64,000 nucleotides of DNA, from positions 81,522-145,521 of the forward strand of contig NIVC01002732.1 in assembly GCA_002269645.1 (NCBI GenBank), in the 5' to 3' direction. Origin of the DNA: Macrostomum lignano. Taxonomy: Eukaryota. Of the stretch, positions 46,998-58,900 are shown in pieces. Below the pieces are notes generated by a model. It was given only the letters and a program-made list of their open reading frames with translations. It was not told where the DNA came from and did not search any database. Every line of letters starts with the position of its first letter. The first letter of the stretch is position 1. The position numbers were made by a program, and so were the translations under genes.

Positions 46998-49900
46998 ATG
47001 GATTTGCTGCAACTGATACTCGCTGCCTTCCTAGGCAGCCTCTTGGCATTTGAAACCGGCTCTGCTGTCGCGGGTGAGTCTGATTGCTGCTGCCAACATT
47101 TCAAATGCGTCGCATCATAATGCTAGGGACTGCGAACTGCAGCCTCTGATCGAGTTTGATTTTCGACCGACTGGCTGACCGTAATGTGATGTTTTGAAGC
47201 CATTGATAACATGCGCTTGATGGTGTTATCAATAACAGGTAGGACTTGTATTTATGACTGAGTTCTTCCATGGCTGTTTGCTCTCATCCCTGATCGATGG
47301 GTTGATCCAAATATCAGTTTTAAAACGGTACTAAAATGCTCTAGTAAATGTACTACATAAATACAAATTTACAAATCCAAGAAACAAAATATTGTTTCTG
47401 CCAACAGCGTTAGACTCTTATCTCTAGACTCTCAGCAGCAGTCACTAACCCAGGTCCTAGCATGTAGAATTAGGGGTACCGGAGTAGTCAGTTACTGACC
47501 CAAATTTATTCGTGACAGATATTTGTAGTTTCCTACTTTTATAGATGTACTGGTAAGTTTTGCTGACTATTTACTTTCAATTGCTATGTCGAAAAATAGA
47601 AATTCTATGTCGAAGAACTAATTAATCGTCCTATTTGCAAATCGTGAAGCGATCATGTGCTCTTCCGGGGTTTATTTAAGGGTTTCTGAAGCTACAATTT
47701 AAAAAGTTACCTTATCAAAATGATGTATGTTTCCCACTTATCTGGATTATCTGGCGGACAATTTACGAGCGTACTTACCTGGGGAAATGCAAGGCAAAAT
47801 GGGTGATATTCGTTATAAATATTGATACAGAAAGCTACCTCAAAAGTGCGTTTTTTTTCTACAGAAACATTCCAGAGAAGCAACAATAGTTTTCATCGTT
47901 ATAGACATATTTCTTGACAAATTTCACAAATTGATCAAGGTGAAACCTCACCTTACGGCTTTCAATAAAACGCTTTTATGCAGTTATACTGTCTGTCTGT
48001 CTGTATGCGTATGCCATATTTACTTCTATCCTGTCATATGATGAAGAGCTATGTTAAAATGTTAAAGAGAATGTTAAAACGCTTTATTAATGTTATCAGT
48101 AGCTATTCGTTGGAAATATACTAATTGTGTTGCAATCGTCATAAACAGTCAGAATTCGGATCCCGAATTTCACTGCCGATAATTTAGGCTAGGGCCGGCG
48201 GTCAATTTGTAGCAGTTAAAGTGTTGGCTGACAGACAAGATGAGGCAGTCAAAATTCGTAAAACCATCAAAAGTTCTAGACTGTTTTGCAATTAAAGCAG
48301 TTCTGTGAGCACTGTTTCTCCAAGTACTGATGTGGTCCCTGATCCACAGTTTCAGTCCCGGCCGACACTGGAACAATTCAGTGTCCGGAAAACTTCGGGG
48401 AGCCCGGCGTCATCTATGAGAACTCCAAAGTCTACAACTGGACCATTCGCGGGCCGAAGGTTGTAGCCATTCGATTCCACTTTGTGGAACTGGAGACCCC
48501 ATACGACCGCTTGGAGATTTTCGAGAGTACGGACGATCTCGAAACAACGTATCTCAGGACTCCGAAATTCCGAATCGATCCTAATAACGCTACATCCCAA
48601 GTGCTTGTGCTTATTGCTCCTGTGCTAATTCGATTTAGCACAGATAGTAGCGTCGGAGAGAGGGGATTCAACCTAACCTACACGCTTGAGGAATCATTGG
48701 GTGAGTAACGTTGTTGTCAGGCTATTGTCTCACGAGTTATTCAATGATGGCTAAAAGGATAAAAATAATTGGAATTAGTATACGTGGTCGAGCTGATAGT
48801 TGACTAGCTACCCAATTTTCGCAATTTTAGTTCGATACAGAACTTTCACCGAGCCCAGCGACGACGCAATCTGCTCAGAGCTGGAAATCTCGGATCGAGA
48901 CACCAGCAGTGTTAGCATCGAATACCAGTGGCTCATTGACCGACCCGGGAGAATCGACCTCAAGCTGTCCTTCTCTGACCTCGCTCGGATCTACCAGATG
49001 ACGACAACTCCAGACAAGGAGCCCGTCTTCACCGATGGACCAAAGGAGAGAGAAGGGACGTCGCGTTTCCGACTGTTCGGTCCTGTGCTGGTGCAGATTA
49101 CGAGGAAAAAAACAAGGGGACGAGTTTTTAGGCTGTCCTACAGCAGTAGCGACGAAGGTAATTCTGGACTTAAAGTGACTTGCTAAAGTTTAGGGTGACT
49201 CTGCTTTCAGACCATTCCAATGATTATTCCATTCTCACTTCAGATCTGGAAATGCCTACTGAAATAATCAAAAATGAAGAGGGAGAGAGAATCTGTTACC
49301 AAAGTAAAGGTACCGACATCGCTGTGAGCAACGTCGCAACAAGAGCATGGTCTATCGCCGTGAATCCCCAGCAAATCGTTGAGCTCGAGCTATTTGATGC
49401 CGATGGAAGTCAGCCTCATACGGATACGATAAGCGTGTATAATGGCGTTCGTCCTCTGCTGAGCGAGTCCCCGATATTCAGTCAGACTGGACTACTTGGT
49501 GAGAGGAAGGCCGTGAGAGCGAACGGATTCGTCACTGTGGTGCTGACGACAGAAGCCAGACGATCACGACGTGGGCTCGGTCTCTCCTACACTGTGTACA
49601 GCAGTAAGAATCGTTTTGAACTATGATAATCGAAGTGCAAAGAAAAGCTTAGCATATAGTGCGATGTAGGGCATAATAGCCAAATGCGTGAGTCACATAA
49701 ATCAGGTAAAAGTGAATCAGAATATACACAGTCAATACAATGACAATTTCAACAACTTTGTTGGTGACTAAAACTCAATCAGTAATATTTCCACACTTTC
49801 ATTAAGCTTCTCAAGAGGAACCGAGTGGGCGGATAGAGTTCCCCAAGGGCTCAGCGGAGTTCAACAGCGACATAGATTACCGCTGGTTCATTAGCAGAGA

Positions 49901-52900
49901 CATTAGACTCAGCATCCGATTCACCTCCATAAGCCTCCATCCCAATGGCAAGCTGTACATCTACGAGAACACAACGTCTGAGGACGAATCGGCTCTGAGA
50001 TTCCTGGTGACGGATGCGAGCTCCAGAGAGTCGGAGTTCCGTCTGTCCGGTCCCGTCATGATTCGATTAGTTGCCAGCGGAGACGGCGAGTCGAGAGGCT
50101 TTCGGCTGTCGTACGCAGCTGACCAGTCGGCCAGTGAGTGACAATTTCCTAAAAATTTGTCTTCGCTGTCTCTTTGGTGACAAGCATAGATATGCGATTG
50201 ACGCAACTGCTTGTGTGACACTGCAGATACTGACATGGCTGTTGAGCTGATTGACGGCTATCGAGGCTCGAGATCTCTTATCCCCGAGAACGGGTCGCCT
50301 ACTGCATGGGTCATTGCAGCCAAGCCCGGGCGCTCAGTTCTGTTGAACCTGCCAGAGCTACCAGTGGTGTCAGGAATCGCAATAAGTCTCTATGAGGGAG
50401 CCGTCACCAGCTTGTCGAGTTCTGAGCTACTCCAGCGGATCCCGTATGCGAGCATCGTCAGGTACAACGGTCCTCTGACTGTGGTTTATCGACCAAGGGC
50501 TTCGAGCTTCATTAGATTTCAGCAAGAGTTCAAGTTTCAGTTAGCAAACGGTAATGAATGTTAGCATTTTTACGTATTGATGCAGTCATTGTCTTCTATA
50601 AGTAGTAATTTGCAATGTTGTTTAATGAAATTCTCAAAATGCGTTCAGATTTTAGTCGAATTTTATTTCACTGGCAAGCAGCTAAGAGCAACGTTGTTTT
50701 TCTTTCTTTTTTTTCAGCTCAAGAGCCTCTCATAAAAGATTCGGGGTCAATTCGATGTCCTCAGGTGTCTGGTGAGACCTACGAGAGCGAAATGGAGTAC
50801 AGATGGACAGTCAACCGGCTTAACTTAGTTGTTATCGAGGTCACAACCGTGGACATTGGGAGTGGCGTCATCGAGCTGTACGAGGAGACCTACCTGACCG
50901 ACGAGCCACAGCAGGCCAAGCTGAAGTTCGTTCTGACTCAGTCGAATGCTACAGCACGGGGGGCCTACCGACTGCCGGGTCCAGTCATGGTCCGGTTCGT
51001 CACGGGCAAAGATTTTGTTGGTCAGGGATTCAATCTGTCCTACACTACTGAAGAGCGGACTTGTAAGTCAGAATATTCATTTCATTGAGTTGCATCTTTA
51101 GGGTCATATTGAATTGTCGATTCTTATCTCAGCATGTTCATTTCATTGAGTTGTGACTTTAGGGTCTTATCGAATTGCCGATTCTTATCTCAGCAAGTCC
51201 ATTTCATTGAGTTGTGACTTTAGGGTCTTATCGAATTGCCGATTCTTATCTCAGCATGTTCATTTCATTGAGTTGTGACTTTAGGGTCTTATCGAATTTC
51301 CGATTCTTATCTCAGCATGTTCATTTCATTGAATTGTGACTAGGGTCTTATCGAATTTCCGATTCTTATCTCAGCAAGTTCATTTCATTGAGTTGTGACT
51401 TTGAGGTCTTATCGAATTGTCGATTCTTATCTCAGCAAGTTCATTTCATTGAGTTGTGACTTTGAGGTCTTATCAAATTGCCGATTCTTATCTCAGCAAG
51501 TTCATTTCATTGAGTTGTGACTTTAGGGTCTTATCTTTAGGGTCTTATCTTTAGGGTCTTATCTTTAGGGTCTTATCTTGATATCCACCAGAAAACTGGT
51601 GGATATCAAGAATTCCAATTCTTTTGAATTCTCTTTAAGCTACTAACTGAGAGATGATTATAGCTAGCATAAAACTTACTGTGTAGAAATACTCTCATTT
51701 ACGTTTTGCAGTACACCGAATGTTGAATTATGACTCCGGCAATATTTTCTGCCCCGAGACCGCACTGGTGAACTATGAGAAGTCCATGGACTACCGATGG
51801 ACAATCAATCGAAAAAGCATCATCGTCATTCGGTTCGACTTTATTGACATTCAAGACACCATCGAGTTCTATGAGAAGGTCGATGAGAGTGGAGAGCCAG
51901 ATCGGCAGAGATGGAAGCTCAATGTGACTCAGGAGGCTGCAGAAGCGTCGAATATTACGCTGGTTGGACCAGTGCTCATCCGGTTCAGAACGAACTCTCA
52001 AGTTACTGCTCCCGGCTTTCAGCTCTACTATCAGGCTGGCAGAAAAATCTGTAAGCATCCAATTCGCAATGTTTCCGTGAAATTTGTTAGCACATATTGC
52101 CTAAAAGCTTTCAGTCTTTCTGGGAATATTTTGTCTGCACATACTAAACAACCGCTTTTTACTCGTTATTATATTTTCCTTAAATCCTTCCAGTGGACAG
52201 TGGAAACCTTTCATATCCGGAGAACTATGGATACTCTAAGTACGATAACAACGTTGACTACGAGTGGAGCATCAATGAGCAGAAACCGGTGGTGCTTACG
52301 TTCATTCGCTATGATACTGAGAGAATTTATGATTGGATCGGCTTGTACGAAAACTCACCGGTGCATGAGAAGCCTGACGAAAATAAACTAAAGTACAGGC
52401 TTACAGGGAGCGGATACGGTGAAACATACACCTTGAAGGGACCAGTGCTCATCAGGTTCAAAACTGACGGCAGTACCAATCGTGACGGGTTTCGCATGAC
52501 ATACTATCTAGAAGAAACCTCAAGTAAGAAATAATTAGTATAGTAATTTTCTATCAAAGTTTGATTATAATTTGATTTTAATTAGAATTTAGGAGTTCAT
52601 GATAGATTTCTGCATTGTCTTACCTGGTTCGTAAAAATTAAAAATTTATGTATTCACGGCAAACAGTAGTTCATTATTTTTATATTCATGAAAGCTGCTT
52701 CATAAGACGAGTTAAAAATTTGAATTCGAACTTTCAGGTCTGTCAGGCGACTCGGGTGAAGTTCGGTGGGTGAACCCGCCATCATTCACCAAAGCCCAGG
52801 TAAACTACATTTGGAAAATCGACCGAAAGGCAGCTGTGGCAGTCAAATTCAGTGGGGTGGAAATCTCAGACTGCTGCGACAAAATCCAGTTATGGAGAAA

Positions 52901-55900
52901 GGACTCGTCAACTGCAAACATTACACTGACGAAGGGGAATGCTACTTCATCTACATACAGACTGATCGGACCTGGTATGATCAAGTTAGTTACAGCTGGT
53001 CGGCCAATGCAAAGAGCTCTAAACTTTTCCTATGAAATAGGAGACCAATTCGGTATGCTGATGTCACTTTGATGTTTTTGATCCCATCTTCGCGTCTTTG
53101 GTATTTTCTATTGTCTGAAAATAATGCACGGTTTCTATAATATTTTAGTAATATCCAGTGTTCTGACACAGACTCAAGGTGAAATTGGAGTGCAGTCAAG
53201 CAACTTGAGGAATGCCATTGGGCTGGATGTCTGCGATACTGATGGCTACGACATGCAGATTGACCGCAGGTGGGTTGTCGACACAACAGCGGCGGTCAGC
53301 ATTCGATTCGTGCAGGCTCAATTGCTAAGCGGTTGCGACAAGCTAGAGCTGCACGAGAGGACGAAGATCCCAACTCCAAGGAGTCGCGTGTTCTCCCTGA
53401 CTGATGCACCGCTCAGCGATTTGATGTCTACCGAGTTCAAACTAAGAGGCCCAGCAGTTGTTCGGCTTCAATCGCGAAGGATGAGGCCGACGATAGTGCC
53501 GTTCGGGGCGACGTTCAGTGTCAACCGACAAAGTGAGGCAGTCTGAAAGCGACAATCAATTTGTATCTCTAGATAGGAACAGTGACTTTTCTAAATAACT
53601 TCCCCGCAGATTTATCGATGACGACTGCGCTTTTGCGAAACTTGAACGGACTGCAGGGCTGCCTCATGCCCGATGGTCGAAGCAGCTGCGGACCGAGTTC
53701 CGCAAGAGCCTGGTCCATCGCTGTGAGCCCTCAACAGACTGTGGAGCTGCAGCTCTTTGATGCCGAAGGAGGCCAGCCGCATGGCGATACAGTCAGTGTG
53801 TACACGGGAGTTGAGCCCAGGCTCAGCGAGTCTCCCATTTTCAGTCAGACTGGCCTACTTGGCGAGAGGAAGACCCTGAGAGCGAGCGGATTCGTCACCG
53901 TAGTGCTGAGAACCGACGACGCCAATGAAGCAAAGCGAGGGTTCGGCCTCAAGTATTCAGTGGAAAACGGTAATTACACATACTTTGTTTTCATTTTTTA
54001 ACAATAACTAATGTAAAAATATAGTCATACTACTTTAGTCTGCAAGATCTATTCTTCTTTGCACTTAAAGTTTTACTGTCGGGACGATCCGGAGAAATCA
54101 GGTTCCCTCAAAACTCGTCGGCGGATAGTTCAGCTTTCGACTTGGACATGGATTACAGCTGGATCATTCAAAGCAGCGGTTCTGTTCGCATCAATGTTCG
54201 TTCCCTCAATCTCCAGAACGGAGACAAGCTTCATCTGTACGAAAACACCACGTCCAAGGATGAGCTCAAGAGAAGATTTGTGCTAACAGATGCGAGTGCC
54301 AGCGAGTCGGAGTTCTGGCTGAGAGGATCTGTTTTGATTCGCATCACGGCAGCGGGAGACGGCAGCCCGAGAAGCTTCCGGCTGGCATATCAGTCAGATC
54401 CCGATTTGAAGTGTAAGCCTTTAGAGAAGTCGCGTGCATATTAAAACTAAAACTACATGTACGTAATCGTGAACCATTTTTATCCCAATCAAACCTTGCA
54501 GTGGAAAATGCGGTTGAAGTAGTGAAGAGCAGTCGAGGTACCAGATGGAGCTTCCCTAAATTTGATACCACCGACAGGAGTGAAAGAGCAAAAATTGTTT
54601 GGGTCATTGCGCCAAAGCCGAGTCATGAATTCACCGTTCATATTCTTTTCAAAGTAGAAGGATTTTTTGAATTTTTTCCCGGTTCGTATACCTGCGGTTG
54701 GTTCGTTTATGCTGGAAATTGGCTTACTCAGAGACTCTCCAATGATAGCTTTGAGGCTCAGTTCAAAGGACTGACACAGCACGTCAGTCAAAGTGGACCT
54801 GTTTCCGTTTACTGGGAACAGATACAAGAGTCTCATATTGCTTCCCGCTGTACTGATTTGGTCTTTCAATTCGATTATCAAATCAGAAACGGTGAGCTCT
54901 TGCCCTTTTCAGTGCACAGTGAGACCATGGTGAGACCATAAGCCTTACTTCCTTTCAGTGCATCGCTACCTTAGCGAGGACTCTGGAAGCCTTCGCTGTC
55001 CAGAGGAATCCAGCTCGACTTACGCTAACGAGATGGAGTACAGATGGACCATCAACAGAAGGAATTTCGTCCTCATCACTGTCACATCTGCTGACATTGG
55101 CTACGGAAATGACATCATCCAGTTGTACGAGATGACTGATGGAGAAACCGATGAGCCAGAAGAGAGCAAGCTGAGGTTCACACTGACGCAGGCGAATGCG
55201 ACATCGGCAACGTATAAGTTGATTGGTCCCGTGCTGATCCGGTTTAGCACGGATGAGTCTCTTGTTGGCCAAGGCTTCAATTTGTCTTATGCTGTTGAGG
55301 AACGAACTTGTGAGCCATTTTGGTGTTTTATGCATTTACTTGGTTTAAAATTTTGAGTTCATGGTGTAAAATTTAGTAGCTCTGCGTATTCCGACGCTCG
55401 GTTTTTATGCACGTGAGTGTTTCTCCACCAAGCCACTTCTTTTAAATTTTTAGTTTCCCGTAATCTGCTGAACGATTCGGGCAGCATCAGGTGTCCGAAT
55501 GAAGAGTATGAAGCCTACGAGCATCAGATGGACTATCGTTGGTACATCCCATCGAGCAGAGTTGTCTTTTTGACAGTTAGAAGCATGGGCATTCAGGACG
55601 CAAACGATGTGGTTGAATTCTATGAAAAGACTGACTCTTCGGCGGAACCGCAGACTGAGAACAGAAAATACACACTGACTGGAGACAGCTGGAGCTCAAG
55701 AAAGTATGTTTTGATTGGACCTGCGTTGATCCAGTTTAAAACTGATCGTCAGAACGCGTCAAGAGGCTTTATAATCGATTATTATCTCGATCGATACGTG
55801 GGTGAGTTTCGAATTCCTGAGTTCCAGATACTCTCATTACTGTTTATAGTAATTGGTAATGTTAATTATTATTATTTAAGTTAAATTTTAGCATGCAAGG

Positions 55901-58900
55901 TGGGTCTAAATTTGAGCCAATGCAAAGCATCTGATGTCTATTCAATTTTCGATGCCTTTTCAGTCGACTCAGGAAAGCTTCAATGCCCAGAGAACTTCGG
56001 CAGTGGCAACTATTTAAACAGCAAAACGTACGCCTGGTGGATCGGCGATCTGAGCCTGCTCGAGATTAAGGTTGACTCGTATGACGTTGAAGCGGGAATC
56101 GATAAAATCAGTTTCTATGAGAAGACTCAGCTTTCTGAAGATGCTCAGGATTCTGAGAAAGTGTTTACTGTGACAAGAAATAACAAAACAGCCCAGGTCG
56201 TTGGTCCGGTGCTGATCCAATTCGTTACTGACTACAGTGTCACCAAGGCGGGCTTCAACTTATCTTACTCGGCTCTTGACAGCAGAAGTAAGTTGTTGTT
56301 AATTAAGTCAGTCAGTAAACATTTACAGAGAGTGACAAAACAAAGCAAAACAAAACAAACAGAAAGTGAAGTTACTGTTTCCGTCAACCTACTAATTTAC
56401 ATCTTTAATATTCGTATCATTCCTCAGTACGCTCTGAATGAAACCGTTTTAGTAAAATCGAGAAACCTGACAGACGAAAAAGCCGATGTTGTCTGCTCTG
56501 AAGGCGAGCAGCTTCCTGCGGAAGAAGAGATGAAGTATGACCTCGAGACTGACTACAGGTGGCTCATTGATCGTCAAGGCTGGGTCTCGCTGAAGCTGTC
56601 TCACGCAGATATTGTCAGACTGTACGAGATGACTGCTGACCCCAGCGAGGACAGGCTGGCCTTCGTCTCTGAGCACAGGTCAATGACGAACGCGACCTCT
56701 GTAGAGTTCAGGCTGAGAGGTCCCGTGCTGGTTCGAGTCACCACAAAGCGGGTCAGTGGCAACATCTTCAAGCTGTCGTATCAGAGCGGGAGCGAAGGTA
56801 AAATATGATCATTTTCCATCTATTCATCATTTAAAGGAAATATTATAAATAAGCTTTTGAGTCCCAGATAAATGATTGTTCAACTGCTCAAACACGTTTA
56901 ATAAGTATAAACACGCCTTCATTACAGAGCATTCAATGTGTACAGACGCTTGATATGCTTAAGGTCGGTTTGCCATGGACAACTGAAGTGAACGGCACAC
57001 TCGATTCTTTTAGAAATGAGGTGCACGCTTGTAAAGATAGAATATTTTCCGAATCGCTAGAGAGTGCACGGCTCTGAAGGGGGCTTTGCTATAGAATGAT
57101 TCGGTCGAAAAAACCCTGCGATAGAAAATCCGACTTCTCGAGAGCAAAAGCACTAGCGATGCGACAATTATACTCGTACTATATGTTCCTTACCTTCAGC
57201 TCATTTCTGGGAAAATCGATTTAGCGTCTTTCTACTGTACTTCAATTTTCAATGCGGTTCGCACTGCCGTTGGTGACTCAGTGGCTCCATTATTGGTCAA
57301 ATCAATGAAAAATTATTTCTAAACTAATTCACTCCAGTTTATGGGATATATCAACCGCGGAAATGACAACGACAGTTCGGACCGTGTTTATGTTCAGCAA
57401 TAGCATGTAGGGCGGATAGACGAAACTGGGCGGGCAGTCACCACAGATTATACGACAGCGGGTAATAATATACCTTTTTACGTTCTATTTGATAAAAACT
57501 GCAACCAATTTGGCCACGGCTCAGCCTGACCATAGACATAGAATTTTCCATAGACAGCCACCGCTGGCGGCAGCCAATTTGGTGAAAACTGCGAGCTATT
57601 TTTCCAGCTTGAAGATAGCAGCTGCTCTGATGGCGAATCGTGGGCCGTACCAAAAGATAAGTCAGCTGGATCGAGAGCGAATCGTGAGAGCGTACAGGAG
57701 TGGCGACGACTGGAGAGAGCTTGGCAGAATGATGGGGATGAAGAAACCGACAGTGAGGAACATCGTGACCACGTATGAACGAACTGGTAGAGTTGGCAGA
57801 TACTGGACTGGCTGCTGCAGCAGGTGCGACACTGCATCAGCACAGGATGCGCATTCTGAAGAGAGAAGTGCAGCAAGCACTGAACTGCATCACGCCTCTC
57901 AAGTGCCTGCGCTGGATCAACCATTCCCAGACGTACTTCAATCGGTGCTTGAATGCTGAGGACATAATGTTCTGACTTCGTGCATGTATTGTTAACATTC
58001 TTTATCGTTATTGTTATGCTATTGAGCTGCTATCTTCAAGCTGGCAAAATAGCTCGCAGTTTTTACCAAATTGGTTGCCGCTAGCGGTGGCTGTCTATGG
58101 AAAATTGCTGCGGCTGCGTCAGGCTGAGCCGTGGCCAAATTGGTTGCAGTTTTTATCAAATAGAACGTAAAAAGGTATATATAGTGTCTTCGATAGGAAA
58201 CGATGATTAATTGCCGAGTTCAGTGTAACAAACTTAACCAGCGAACACATTCTTACACCTTTTCACGTTCAATTTTGATCAAAGTCCAGTTGGGCCCAGT
58301 CTAACCCCAGTTCAAAACATTCTAACCGAAGTAAGGTTTAGCCATAGACAAAATTATCCTCAGTCTGAATTGAATTTCCGCTAGTTTTTTTAGAACTGGA
58401 CTTTGATCAAAATTGAACGTGAAAAGGTGTAGTATCGCCAGCACTCTTGCCTTTCACTGTTTGCTAATGGCCGGATAATAGCTGGACTCATATTTACCCT
58501 CGCATTATCCCAGAACTACCGATGCCGACTGAACTCATCAAAAACATTGAGGGAAGCAAAGCAATTTATCCGTCCAGAGGACCATTGGGCTCATCGAGAG
58601 CCTGGTCCATCGCTGTGAACCCTCAACAGACGGTTGAGTTGCAGCTCTTTGATGCCGAGGGAGGCCAGCCCCATGACGATACAGTCAATGTGTACACGGG
58701 AGTTGAGCCCAGGCTCAGCGAGTCTCCCATATTCAGTCAGACTGGCCTACTTGGCGAGAGGAAGACCCTGAGAGCGAGCGGATTCGTCACCGTGGTGTTG
58801 AGAACTGGAGCCAGCGGAGACAAACTCGGCTTGAGGTTCACCTACTCCGTTGGGAATGGTGAGTTGAGTCCGAAGTCTGCTGCGTCTTTGTCATCTAAGT

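Noticed and set aside
51576-51611. Rho-independent terminator
   Set aside because: Eukaryotic intron and no U-tract; kept only as a hairpin observation.
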